A DNA stretch of 64,000 nucleotides, from assembly GCA_963823665.1 (NCBI GenBank), contig CAWGMQ010000005.1, positions 544,001 through 608,000 of the forward strand. The letters run 5' to 3'. Below, in pieces: positions 20,904 to 31,323 of this stretch. The translations under genes were made by a program, and so were the position numbers. Under the pieces are notes generated by a model that saw only the letters and a program-made list of their open reading frames with translations, did not search any database and had not been told where the DNA came from. This DNA is from an uncultured Planctomycetota bacterium. GTDB lineage: Bacteria > Planctomycetota > Planctomycetia > Isosphaerales > Isosphaeraceae. Position 1 is the stretch's first letter; the number at the start of each line of letters is the position of its first letter.

Positions 20904-21170
20904 TCGCCGATACATGTATCGTCTGACACTGACTTGACCGGATCACGAACCACCACATCGCGGGATCATAAAAAACCTCGGTGATCTCTGGCCAAGCCAC
21001 GAAAAAGCCCGGACGCCAGGCCGATCGGAAGTGAAGTCCGTCGCTCGACACAACAATCGAGAATCGCGTGAATTCCCACAAGAGGAGCCCCTGGGGTATG
21101 ACGAAGAATCCGAAGACGGCGCAGAGGAGACACGGCTCGGTCCCATTCTTGGCCGGATGTTTGTAGTGAT
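20900..21170 (-). pseudogene. Truncated paralog of the 12178..12768 membrane protein
   Basis: LLWEFTRFSIVVSSDGLHFRSAWRPGFFVAW...WWFVIRS...IHV aligns with LVWDFTRFSIVVSPEGLDFHSPWRPGFFMAW...WQWFTIRS...IHV. Both ends are missing. Confidence 0.8.
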
Positions 21171-21175
21171 ACGGC

Positions 21176-21868
21176 TCACGAACCACGACTCGCCCGCGGC
21201 TTGAGCTCAACCCGAACCCACTCGCGAAGACGACGCGCCCAGGCAGCCTTGTTGCGGCAATCCTCCTCATTCAACCAGTGCACGACTTCCTCACGGCGAA
21301 CGTGCAGGAACCGGCTTGCGTCCACCTCGGTGTAGGTATCGTCACGACCAAGCTGCTCGATCAAGACAGTTTCGTGTTCGAATCGCCAGATCTCCGGGAC
21401 CTTGAGCGCGGCGTAGATGCCAAGCCTGTCGATCTTCGACGGCGAGATATCGATTTCGATCGCCAGGTCGGGGTTGGGATAGTCGGCGACATCGTTGGAC
21501 TTGCGAGCAACGGCGCGGGCATGGGCCTCGAGTTTGTCCGCGGTGAACAGAAAGCAAAGATCGGCTTCGAGTCCGCGACTGAGTTCCGGGCGCTTCCAGG
21601 TCGTTGAGCCAAGCCCCTCGAAGTCGATCTCCAGCTCCAGGAGGACCAAGCTCACGAACAAGCCGATCAGCTCTTTCACCCGCTCGTGGATCGGCCCGAG
21701 CACCATGATTTCGATGTCCTTCCCGTCAAAAGCGACCCTGATCCCCGCCCCCTCGGTGAGCGCGTCGGTCAGACGATCATAGAGCTCCCAGGTCGCGCTG
21801 CGGACTGCGAATCGCTCCTGGGCCGGCACGGCGGGCTGCGGTCGCGGTCTTGCCATCGCGGTGGACAT
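21176..21868 (-). CDS. Uma2 family endonuclease-like protein
   Basis: TWELY, IMVLGPIHE, LGSTTW, GLEADLCF, PDLAIEIDIS, IYAALKVPEIWRF. Confidence 0.88.
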   Translation of the reverse strand: MSTAMARPRPQPAVPAQERFAVRSATWELYDRLTDALTEGAGIRVAFDGKDIEIMVLGPIHERVKELIGLFVSLVLLELEIDFEGLGSTTWKRPELSRGLEADLCFLFTADKLEAHARAVARKSNDVADYPNPDLAIEIDISPSKIDRLGIYAALKVPEIWRFEHETVLIEQLGRDDTYTEVDASRFLHVRREEVVHWLNEEDCRNKAAWARRLREWVRVELKPRASRGS

Positions 21869-22092
21869 GATGAAAGCCCCATGAATCAAGATGCCGATCG
21901 GATGATCGTGCGGCAAACTACTAAGTCTCAATTATACAGAATCAACGAGTTTCACGTAAACCGAGGCTCAAGTTCACGCGATGACGTGCTGCCGACCATC
22001 GTACCAGAGGCCCTGGCGAGATCTCCCGCGTTTCCTGGGGATTCCTGGCGTCAGGCCGATCGCGGACGGGCCGGCAGCTACGCCAAAATCGC

Positions 22093-22101
22093 TGATATAA
22101 T
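22093..22101 (+). promoter_or_regulatory. Candidate extended -10 promoter TGnTATAAT
   Basis: TGATATAAT about 75 bp upstream of ATG 22177, which has a GGAGG RBS. Confidence 0.5.
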
Positions 22102-22176
22102 GTTAGGCACGCGAGGATTGGCGCCGCCAGCGGCGAGGGTCTTGCGCGGTTGCAACTTTTCAGCAAGGGAGGAGCC

Positions 22177-22989
22177 ATGTCATCTCGCTTGATACGCGTG
22201 GGGCTTCTGGCAGTCTTGGGCGTCGCGCTGGCAGGCGTGATCGCTTGGGCCCAGGACCGAAAGCCCGCCGAATCCGCGGGTCCACCCACGACCCCCGTCT
22301 TCAACCCGGTCGAAAGCCGGATGGTCGTCTCGAGCGCCAAGCCCGATGGATCGCATGCCGAGGCCGGAGAAGTCGTCTGCGAGCTCGACCCAGCCGAGCT
22401 GCGCGAGCGGCTGGCCAGTCAGGAGATCGTCGCCCAGGCCGCCCAGGCGGAGGTGCACGCAACCCGAATCGCCCGTGAAGTCGCCGTGATGGCGCTCCGC
22501 GAGTTCAAGGAAAGCGCCTACGCACAGCAGCTTGCCACCACCGAAGGTCAGATCAAGCTGGCCGAGTCGAAGCTCTCGCGAGCCCTGGACCGCGTCGATT
22601 GGTCACAGCGGATGTTTCTGAAGGGCTATGTTTCGCTCGCGGAAAAAGTCTCGGAAGATCTGGCTCTCAAGCAGGCCCGATTTGCACTCGAAGAGGCACA
22701 GAGCCAGAAAAAGGTCCTCATCGATCACTCCAGAGAGAGGGAAACCAAGGCGCTCACCGGCGCGATCGAATCGGCGAGGGCGCGCGAGCTGGCCGCCCAG
22801 GCCGCGCTGGCACGCGAGCAGACTTTGCAGAAGAAACTGGCCGGCGAGCTCCTCCGCTGCCAGGTCAAGGCTCCCGTGGCCGGCCGGGTCGACTACTCGG
22901 CCCCATTCGGCGCCGGGGCGGTTGTCCACGACGGGCAGTTGATCTTTCGCATCGTCAACGATGCCGCGGCGGGAGCCAAGGTGGAATGA
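22177..22989 (+). CDS. HlyD/RND adaptor-like secreted coiled-coil protein
   Basis: Signal peptide, lipoyl half motifs (DGSHAEAGEVVCELD; CQVKAPVAGRV...GAVVHDGQLIF) around a coiled coil. Confidence 0.7.
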   Translation: MSSRLIRVGLLAVLGVALAGVIAWAQDRKPAESAGPPTTPVFNPVESRMVVSSAKPDGSHAEAGEVVCELDPAELRERLASQEIVAQAAQAEVHATRIAREVAVMALREFKESAYAQQLATTEGQIKLAESKLSRALDRVDWSQRMFLKGYVSLAEKVSEDLALKQARFALEEAQSQKKVLIDHSRERETKALTGAIESARARELAAQAALAREQTLQKKLAGELLRCQVKAPVAGRVDYSAPFGAGAVVHDGQLIFRIVNDAAAGAKVE

Positions 22990-24372
22990 AGATGAGATGG
23001 CTTCGAGAATGGGAGATACCCCGTGTGCATCGCATCGATAACATTCACGTCTCTGTTCAATTTGATGACCGTTGCACTCGCGTTCGGCAGTCCGCACCAG
23101 ATGCAGCAGCCGGAATTGCTCGTCAATCCGGTGCCGGTCAACGTCGATTCTCTTGACGTGCAGAAGGAAATCGCGGGCCTCGCCAGGGATAGCAAGCCGC
23201 ACCTCCTCACCTGGGAATCGGCGTATTTGCTGGCCATGGTTCGCGCGCATTCCGGTGGCGGCGAGCTCTTGCCGTCACTCGACCCGGTGGCTCTGAGCCG
23301 GCAGGTTGATCGCCTGGGTATGGCCGACTTCTCTCGCTTCCGGAACGATCTCTTTGCCGGAGGAGCCTTCCGCGACCCTGCACCAGACATGCTCGCGCTG
23401 TCGGCCCGCCTCCAGATGATCGAAAACGCGCGCTGGCGTATCGCTTTCCTGGAGAACCTCACCAAGCTGCTCGTGGAGCGGATCCAGGGTGAGTCTTCGG
23501 GTTTGAGTCGTCTAGATCTGGACGTTGTTTTCGCGGCGCTCATCAAATGCCGTCAGCACTTCGATCACCAGAAAACTCTGTTCCGAGACGGGCTCGATGA
23601 GTTCAAGGTCGCACTGGGCTTGTCGCCGCAAGTGGCGGTGATCTTGGACCGAAAGCCGATGGCAGGGTTCCAGGAAGCTTTTGAGGCGGTCGCGACTTGG
23701 CTGCGGCAACCCCGTCGAAGCTCGGACGACCTCTACCAGCTCACCGACGCGGTGCCGGATCCGGACGAAGTCATCATCGAGGGCAAGCCCGCCCTCGGTG
23801 CGGTCCAGGGCAATCCGGATCAGTGGGTAGAAGCCCTGGCGAAAGCAACACGCCTGGCTCTCGAGAAGCGCGGCGATTCTGCCCAAGGTGCAGCGGCAGC
23901 GGAGGCGCGTGTCGGGCTCGAGCTCAAGGTTCGGCGCAGAGTTCGCCGCCTGGTCGAATTGCGTCGTGCCTACGTCAATGCCATTCAGCGTTACGCGCTA
24001 GCCGTTCGTATCCAGGATCAGGCATTCGAACGCCTGCTCGCGCCGCGTGCGGAGGGCAGTCCGCCACGATCTCAGTTGCTCGAGCAAGTCGTCGAACAAA
24101 CCGCCAGCTTCGCGGCAAGCGAGGATCAGTTGGTCGAGCTCTGGACGAGCTACCGTGCCGAGCGGCAGACGTTGTATCGTGAGATCGGCGTGCTCCCCTA
24201 CGCAGATTGGAATGCATTCTACGCAGACCTGGGAGCGCAGCGCGCCGCGGCCAAAAAGCCACCGGCCGCCGACGCTGCACCGCCCGCCGGCGTCGCTGGA
24301 GAACCTGCCCCGCCCCCACCCGCCCCTGACGCAAAACCAGCGAAGACGCCTCCGTCATCCGACAAACCGTAA
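22986..24372 (+). CDS. Hypothetical helical protein, possibly TolC-like; probable indel near 23012
   Basis: 449-aa ORF from 23023. An ATGA-coupled start at 22986 joins it if one G of GGG is removed. Follows the adaptor-like gene; Pro/Ala-rich tail. Confidence 0.55.
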
Positions 24373-24582
24373 ACAAATTCCAAGCCGCCGGCTCGCAGCG
24401 AGCGCTCCACCTCGCATCACCGATGACACCTTTCCTGCGGAGGGCGGGCCCTGCACTGCGCGCCCGCAATCGCTCGACATCATCCCATCTGATCACCCAG
24501 GTCGCAGAAGAAGATCCCTTGGTCCAGTACAATATGGTCCTGTCCGTGCTCAGCCGCACAGTGCAGCCAAGGGCAAATCCCG

Positions 24583-24610
24583 ACAACTGACAACCAACAA
24601 CTGACAACCC
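24583..24610 (+). repeat. Four tandem heptamers ACAACNN directly before selB
   Basis: ACAACTG ACAACCA ACAACTG ACAACCC, then GTA ATG. Confidence 0.8.
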
Positions 24611-24613
24611 GTA

Positions 24614-26569
24614 ATGAACTACGTCCTAGGCACCGCCGGCCACATCGATCACGGCAAGACAGCCTTGGTCCGCGCCTTGACCGGCGTCGATACCGACCGC
24701 CTCCCCGCCGAAAAGCAGCGCGGCATCACGATCGACCTGGGCTTCGCATCACTCGAGCTGGGCGAATGCCACGTCGCGTTGGTCGACGTGCCCGGCCACG
24801 AGCGATTCATCCGCAACATGCTCGCCGGCGCCTCCGGTCTCGACCTCGCCATGCTCGTCGTCGCGGCGGACGACTCGGTCATGCCGCAAACGCGCGAACA
24901 CATGCAAATACTCACCTTGCTCGGTCTCTCCGCCGGAGTCGTCGCACTCACCAAGTGCGACCTGGTCGATCCGTCCTGGCTGGATCTCGTCGAAGAAGAC
25001 ATTCGCTCGCTCGTCCGCGGCACGTTTCTCGAAGGCGCACCGATCGTGCGGACCTCGGCGGTCACCGGAGCTGGGCTCGATGAGCTGAAAACCGCGCTCG
25101 AATCCGCTTGCCGCGCGGCTGCGCCCGCAACCGATCCCGGTCTGTTCCGCATGGCGATCGACCGCTCGTTCACGGTGCCGGGCCATGGCACGGTCGTCAC
25201 CGGCACCGTCGCCTCCGGTAGCGTCGCCGTCGGTGACGAGCTCGAGTTGCAGCCCCGCGGCCAAACGGTTCGCGTGCGTGGCCTGCACCGGCACGACCGC
25301 CCGGTCCAACACATCGCCCGTGGCTCGCGCGCGGCCATCAATCTGGTCGGCGTCCACCACGCCGAGATCACCCGCGGCCACGAGCTCGCCTCTCCGGGCT
25401 ACCTGGAAGCAACTCGTGTGCTGACGGTTGATCTGATCGCTTCTGACGACGATGCCGGCCGCCCGCTCAAGCACCGCGATCGATACAAGCTGCATCTTGG
25501 GACCGCGGAGGTTTCCGCCGTGCTCTCGCTGCTCGAACGAGCCGAGCCCGCGCCGGGCACCACCCGCCTCGCTCAGCTTTTGCTGGCAGAGCCCGTCGTG
25601 GCGGTGCATGGTCAGCCTTTCGTGTTGCGCGTCGAGAGTCCGCCCGCCACCATTGGCGGCGGCCGCGTCATCGGTCCGTCGTTGCGAAGGCTCAGGCGCA
25701 CCGATCAGCGAGCAATCGCCCGCCTCGAGCACCTGCGCGCGCAGGAACCAACCGCTCGGCTCCGCGGCGCCCTCGCGTCACTCGGCACTCGCACATGGAC
25801 CGAGCGGCGCATGTGCGCGGTCGCGGGCTTGAGCGCCGCTCAAGTGGAATCATCCCTTGCCTCGCTGGTCGCCTCGGGCTCCCTGGTCGAGCTTCCCGTC
25901 GGCCCACGGCGCACGATCCGCGTACTCGACGAGTCGGTCCGTGCTCTGGAAGATCGAATCCTGCGCGCCTTGGCCAGGCTTCACGAGGCACATCCACGCC
26001 AATCAACCATCTCGCGCACCCGGCTCGAGGCCGCGTTGCCTGACCTCGACAACAAGACGCTCGTGGCCGCCTTGATCGACCGCTTGAAAACCCTGGGCAA
26101 ACTGATCGGCGACGCGCGCACCGTCGCCCTTCCCGGATATGAGCCCAAGCTCAGCCAGGGCGAGCGCAAGCTCAAGCTCGAGCTCGCCCAGGCGATCTCC
26201 GCCGGTGGCTTCAGTCCCCCCGAGGTCGCCGATCTTACGGCCACAGCCGGCGCCCGCGCCCCCGTCGTGCCCGAGTTGCTCACCTTGCTCCGCGAAGAAC
26301 AGCGCGCCGTCTTGATCTCGCCAACCCTCTACCTCGACGCCGAGGTCGAGCGTGATCTCCGCCGCCGCGTCGCCGAGCGGCTCGATGCGGGCGGCACGCT
26401 CACCATGTCCGAGCTGCGCGAGCTGCTGGGCACCACCCGGAAATACGCGGTCCCCATCGGCGAATACCTCGACCGCATCGGACTCACCCTCCGCGACGGA
26501 GACCTGCGCCGCCTGAACGCCGGCGCGAGCCAGACCGCCCCTCCGGATGAAGCGAACGGCCCAGGTTGA
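24614..26569 (+). CDS. selB: Selenocysteine-specific elongation factor SelB
   Basis: GTAGHIDHGKT, EKQRGITIDLGF, DVPGHERFIRNMLAG, MPQTREH, C-terminal winged-helix LGTTRKYAVPIGEYLD. Confidence 0.95.
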   Translation: MNYVLGTAGHIDHGKTALVRALTGVDTDRLPAEKQRGITIDLGFASLELGECHVALVDVPGHERFIRNMLAGASGLDLAMLVVAADDSVMPQTREHMQILTLLGLSAGVVALTKCDLVDPSWLDLVEEDIRSLVRGTFLEGAPIVRTSAVTGAGLDELKTALESACRAAAPATDPGLFRMAIDRSFTVPGHGTVVTGTVASGSVAVGDELELQPRGQTVRVRGLHRHDRPVQHIARGSRAAINLVGVHHAEITRGHELASPGYLEATRVLTVDLIASDDDAGRPLKHRDRYKLHLGTAEVSAVLSLLERAEPAPGTTRLAQLLLAEPVVAVHGQPFVLRVESPPATIGGGRVIGPSLRRLRRTDQRAIARLEHLRAQEPTARLRGALASLGTRTWTERRMCAVAGLSAAQVESSLASLVASGSLVELPVGPRRTIRVLDESVRALEDRILRALARLHEAHPRQSTISRTRLEAALPDLDNKTLVAALIDRLKTLGKLIGDARTVALPGYEPKLSQGERKLKLELAQAISAGGFSPPEVADLTATAGARAPVVPELLTLLREEQRAVLISPTLYLDAEVERDLRRRVAERLDAGGTLTMSELRELLGTTRKYAVPIGEYLDRIGLTLRDGDLRRLNAGASQTAPPDEANGPG

Positions 26570-26621
26570 TCCGACAACGAACATGATGGTGAACATGTCT
26601 TTCGAGTTAAGTGATATAAGA

Positions 26622-27942
26622 ATGAGACTTTACTCACTGGCGATCATGACGATCGCGACTGGCAGTGGCTTTGAGCGCCGGCTCCTCGCGCGCGCAAGTC
26701 GTGGTCCATCCTGAGCCCGCACCCGGGCCGCTCAACAATCCACTCAAGGGTTGGTGTCCCTACACCGATGCCAATCCGATCCGGCTGCCTTACTCGATGG
26801 TCTTTCTCTACGCCCAGTGGAAGGCGCTCGAGCCCGAGGAGGGCCACTTCGCGTTCGAACAATGGGAACGCACCGCCTGGTCCGTTCCCGAGGCCAGAGG
26901 TAAACATGTCGTTTTGCGTATCCACATCGACTATCCGTCCAAGCCTTCCGGACTGCCTGACTGGCTCAAGGATCAAGTGAAGCTCACGCGTTACGAAGAC
27001 CACGGCGGCGGCCTCTCGCCCGATTACGACAATCCCCGCATGGTCGCGGCGATGGAAAGCTTGATCGCCGCGATGGGCAAGCGCTACAACGGGAACCCTC
27101 GCGTCGCCTTCGTGCAGCTCGGCCTGCTCGGATTCTGGGGCGAGTGGCACACATATCCGCGCCCTGCTCTCTACGCCAAGCCCGCCACCGAGCGCCGGAT
27201 CGTTGATGCCTACCACCGCGCATTCCCGAGCAAGATTCTCATGGCCCGATATGCCCGGGATCACGCGGCCGCGCAAGCGTGGCTCGGATTCCACGACGAT
27301 CTCTTCCCCGAAGACACCGACAACGGCCAGGCCTGGTCTTTTCTCAGCGGAATCAAACGTAGCGGCAGAAATGACAACTGGAAACGCGCGACCCTGGCCG
27401 GCGAGATGGTTCCGAACCAGGCCAAAATTTGGCTCGGCCCGAAGTTCGATGAAACGCTGCGCGTAACCGAGCTCGGTCACTTCTCGTGGGTCGGCCCGTA
27501 TTGCCCGGCCCTGGAACAAAACGCTTCGACCGAGTTCCGGAAAGCGGCAGATTCCCTGGTGCGACGAATGGGCTACCAGTTCCGCCTGACCGAAATCCGC
27601 CATCCCGCAGCAATCAAACCGGGCGCCAACCTGAGTATCGCGATCACCGGCATGAACGAAGGCGTCGCCCCGTTCTACTACGCCTGGCCCGTCGAGCTGG
27701 CCCTGATCGATGAGAAAGAAAAGCTCGCGGCTCGCATCCCAATGCGCGCCGACATTCGCACGTGGCAACCCGGCCCATTCGAGATCAAGGGCGACGTCGC
27801 AGTGAAGCCAAACCCCGGCCGCTACAAGCTCGCATTGGGCATCATCGATCCCTGGACGAATCAGCCCGCAGTTCGATTCGCCAATGATCTATCAACAAAA
27901 GACGCCTGGACGGTGCTCTCAAACCTCGTAGTTGCGCGCTGA
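26622..27942 (+). CDS. Secreted glycoside-hydrolase-like protein (DUF4832 type); probable indel in signal peptide near 26657
   Basis: LNNPLKGW, WKALEPEEG, GLLGFWGEWH, MGYQFRL, NEGVAPFYYAW. MRLYSLAIMTIA at 26622 is one base out of frame with ORF 26665. Confidence 0.75.
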
Positions 27943-27976
27943 CGATCGTGCGGAAAGCCGTACGGAACCGCACCAG

Positions 27977-28432
27977 TCAACGCACGCCGCAAATCGTTAC
28001 GCCGGCACGCATGGCAGCGGCCTTGAGGGGTTCGTCCAGAGTGGCAAGCTCTAGTCCCCGGCGGACAGCCAATTCCAGGTAGGCGGCGTCGTAGGCTGAG
28101 AGAGTGTACTGTCGTGCAAAGCTCATCGTTGAACTCCAGGCCTGGTCAGTCGTTTGATCATCGACGGCGATGGGCATCACTTCGAGATAGGCGATCATTC
28201 GCCCTGCCTGTGCCTGTGTGGAACGCTTTCGGAGCTCCCCCGCGATGAATGAATTGGCGACCTCGAGCGGCCAGTTCGCCGGCACCAGTGCGCCTCGACC
28301 AGGCAGTTGGCGCGCAACCATATCCGCATAGGCGTCCTTTTCATCGACAAAATACCACGCCATCACAATCGAGCAATCGAGAACCAACCGTTTGTCAAAT
28401 CGCTTGCCAGCCCTCTTCTTGCGTTTGCTCAA
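27977..28432 (-). CDS. vapC: VapC-family PIN-domain toxin
   Basis: LVLDCS, WPLEVANS, LSAYDAAYLELA, LATLD. Confidence 0.9.
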   Translation of the reverse strand: MSKRKKRAGKRFDKRLVLDCSIVMAWYFVDEKDAYADMVARQLPGRGALVPANWPLEVANSFIAGELRKRSTQAQAGRMIAYLEVMPIAVDDQTTDQAWSSTMSFARQYTLSAYDAAYLELAVRRGLELATLDEPLKAAAMRAGVTICGVR

Positions 28433-28674
28433 CGCCGGCCCTCCTCGATCAACGCGCGAACGGTAAGATCATCGCCAAGCACCGGTCCATTCTCGTCTCG
28501 AAACGCGAGCATCTCCTCGACGAGAGCCGCTACGCCCTGTTCCACCCCGGCAGCAGGAACGATCTTCGCTATGGGCCTGCCGTGTTTGGTGATCGTGATC
28601 GTTTCACCCTTTTCGACACGGCCCAGCAAGCGAGGCAAATGAGTCTTGGCCTCGTAACTCCCAACGCTTTTCAT
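28429..28674 (-). CDS. Phd/YefM-family antitoxin
   Basis: VGSYEAKTHLPRLLGRVEKGETITITKHGRPIAKIVP; 4-bp overlap with the toxin. Confidence 0.92.
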   Translation of the reverse strand: MKSVGSYEAKTHLPRLLGRVEKGETITITKHGRPIAKIVPAAGVEQGVAALVEEMLAFRDENGPVLGDDLTVRALIEEGRR

Positions 28675-28692
28675 GCCAGAGTCTCCGGTTGG

Positions 28693-28739
28693 ATCTAGTC
28701 TATCCTATCTAGTCTAAATCACGTCGACGATTTGGACAA
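28693..28739 (-). promoter_or_regulatory. TA promoter TTGTCC-N17-TAGACT overlapped by direct-repeat operator candidate
   Basis: -35 at 28734-28739, -10 at 28711-28716. ATCTAGTCTA repeated at 28693-28702 and 28707-28716. Confidence 0.65.
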
Positions 28740-28871
28740 TCTGAAGAGCGCCCATTCGATGAAGCCAGCTTGCACGCGCATCCAATCCCACCTACAATTG
28801 TCGTTGCTCGCATCGGCCAGGCAGTCTTTAAAGCGAAAGCCGATTCGGCATCGGTCGCGCGAGGGTTTTTG

Positions 28872-30086
28872 ATGGGCGTCTCCATTCTGGTTTGCGGCTG
28901 CGGATTGAAAGTCCGCGCGGCGGGGGCTACCCCTGGCCGCCTGGGGCGATGTCCGAGGTGCGGTGGCGAGCTGCGCGTGCCCGATGTTGTGCCGCCGCCC
29001 GGTGGAAATCCCTTCGCGGAGCGAAGGGCGACAATGGGCGAGCTGGCCGGTTCGGTTTTCGAGCCGCCGGCGGAGGCGATTCGAACCGCCACGCGCGACT
29101 CCGACTCGGACTCCGCCGGCGCCGGCTATGGTCTCAAACCGTCCAGGGAGCACGCCGCTCGTAAAAAGAAAGAACGGCGGCGGCCCTCCGACATCACACC
29201 TCCTCGCACCGGTTTCATCGAAAAGAAATCCGAATTGCACGCCACCGGCGGCATCCTGCCTCCTTTGAAACAAACCGAGTCGTCGTGGTTCGCCAGCATC
29301 CTTTATCCGCTCCGAAGCGCCGACAGCCTGGCCGTGATCGCCTCACTCACGGCGATCCTCTGGCTCTTCACGGTCCTCGTACCGGAGTACTGCCTCGGTC
29401 TGATGGGCGATGCCGATCAAATGGGCGCGCCCACGCTCGGAAAACTGCTCGGCTTGCTCTCGATCTTGCCCGTCGGCTTCCTGCTTCCCTTCGCCGTCTT
29501 CTACTGGCTGCAATACCTGGGCCGGGTCGTGGTCTCCAGCGGCATGGGCGAGACCACTCCCCCGCGCACGCCCGACCGGAACTTCGAAGGCTTCTTGACT
29601 GGGCTCAGCCCGTGGTTCACGTGGCTCTTACTCGGCGTGGGCGTCGGCCTCCTTCCCGCCGCGCTCTGGCGAACACTTGCCGACGGCAACTCCCCGGCCG
29701 GGATCGTCCTCACCGTCGGCTTCGCCTGCCTCGCGCTCCCCTACATCCTGGTGGCCTTGCTGATGACGTTCATCCACGACGACGACCTGGCAGCCAAGCC
29801 CCTCGCCGTGCTCACCGCGCTCGTGCAGCTCGGCGGCTCGTTCCTGTTCCTCTGCGTCTTCGCCCTCTTTCTCATCGCCGCCGCCGCCGGATTGTTCGTG
29901 CTGGCGTTCTTGTTGCGAGCGAACTACTTCAAGACCTATCTACTCCTCTGCGCTCCGTGCTGGTCGGCCTTCGTATGGACCACGATCGTCGTGATGCGGC
30001 TGCTTGGAAACCACTACCATCCACGTCGGAAGATTCTTGGTTGGAACATCGACCGCCCGCGCTGGGGCGTCACCTGGAAGATCTGA
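28872..30086 (+). CDS. Membrane protein with N-terminal Zn-ribbon (DUF4013-like C-terminus)
   Basis: CGCG...CPRC, low-complexity linker, about six hydrophobic segments. Confidence 0.7.
   Translation: MGVSILVCGCGLKVRAAGATPGRLGRCPRCGGELRVPDVVPPPGGNPFAERRATMGELAGSVFEPPAEAIRTATRDSDSDSAGAGYGLKPSREHAARKKKERRRPSDITPPRTGFIEKKSELHATGGILPPLKQTESSWFASILYPLRSADSLAVIASLTAILWLFTVLVPEYCLGLMGDADQMGAPTLGKLLGLLSILPVGFLLPFAVFYWLQYLGRVVVSSGMGETTPPRTPDRNFEGFLTGLSPWFTWLLLGVGVGLLPAALWRTLADGNSPAGIVLTVGFACLALPYILVALLMTFIHDDDLAAKPLAVLTALVQLGGSFLFLCVFALFLIAAAAGLFVLAFLLRANYFKTYLLLCAPCWSAFVWTTIVVMRLLGNHYHPRRKILGWNIDRPRWGVTWKI
29010..29036 (+). repeat. 27-bp palindromic element, copy 2, in frame within a CDS (PFAERRATM)
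   Basis: CCCTTCGCGGAGCGAAGGGCGACAATG, 27/27 match to the reverse complement of 2818-2844. Confidence 0.85.
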
Positions 30087-30089
30087 CAT

Positions 30090-31150
30090 TCACCGTTTGA
30101 GCGCTGCCACCCATTCCTCATCCAGCTCCTCGACGCTCTTCCCGGTCAGCTCCTTGAAGATCTCCTTCTTGTAGCGCCCTCGCGCATCACCTTGTTCAGC
30201 TTCTGCACGAGCTGCTTGTCGTACTTCTCCGTGACGTAAGCCAGGAACGCGGCCGTCACGCGATAGCTGCCGTTGTAATGGGCGCGTTCGGGGTTGATTC
30301 GCCCGATCTTCCCCGGCTCGAACTTGAAAAACCGGATGTAGTCGCTCACTCCCTCCACCAGCCACCCGGGGTTGCCGCGCCCGTTGTAATGCTGCACCAC
30401 GTGTGTCGTCTCGTGAACCATGGCCCCGACATCGTCCGGGTGCTCTTGAAAGTACTTCACCGAGCCGGTGATTCGGCCCCCGGAGGCAAAGGCAACCCCT
30501 CGATAGCCGGTCTTCAGCGCGAGCGTCACAACCCTGGGCGGTTTGAAATCGTCGCTCTTGAGCTCCTCGTTGATCATGGGATACGCCCGCATGCAAGTTT
30601 TCGCCACGTTCTCGGCCCATTCTTTCATCTTGGGCTCGTCGGCAACATCGATGACGAACTCGACCGGATACTTGAAAACGGCTACCGGCGGATCCGATTC
30701 GACCGTCAGCTCGCGAATCGCCAGGTGATGATCCGACTTCGCGCCGGGCTGAATTCGCACGGCGACGATCGACTCGCCCTCGATCGTTGCCTGCGATTTG
30801 CCCTGGGCGAACGGCGCCATCTCGCGAAAGGACTTTCCATCCGCAGAGACCGCCAGCTTCCCCTCCTCGAGCGAGTCGCTCCCGTCAGCCCGACCCGTGA
30901 GCACACTGATCGACTTCACTTTCACCGGCTTGTCAAAGACCAGAGTGAAATGGTCTTTCGCCGCCGGATTCTGCTCCGAGGCGAAGAACGTGCTGGGATC
31001 GCCGTCAAACGCGAATTGCCGGATCTGCCCCTTTGCCGTGGCCAGCGTCGTCTCAATCGCGGCCACAACCGGCTCGGGCTTTTGAGCCAGGTCCGGTGGC
31101 GCAGAATCCAGATGCCATGCCAGTAAGAGCGCACAGATCGAGCGCACCAT
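30090..31150 (-). CDS. Basic secretory protein (BSP)-family peptidase with N-terminal discoidin-like domain; indel near 30178
   Basis: AFDGDPSTFF; VHETTHVVQ (HExxH), PGWLVEGVSDYIR, SYRVTAAFL. The tail FKELTGKSVEELDEEW is in another frame. Confidence 0.82.
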
Positions 31151-31323
31151 TGCGATGTTCCTCGCGGCTTGACCATGAACCTTCACAGATTGGATCACTT
31201 TCCTGGAAACCTGGCAAGGCTCTCATCCGCCACCCGCTTCGACGCCTTGAGTCTCGCTTTCGATCCAGTCGAGCCGCTAGAATTCATCGTCTTTCGTCAG
31301 CGAACGAATGAAGGGGCCCACGT

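Noticed and set aside
24373..24613. Possible selC (tRNA-Sec) or SECIS-like element beside selB
   Set aside because: No cloverleaf, TCA anticodon arm or convincing hairpin recognised by eye; a covariance-model search would be needed.
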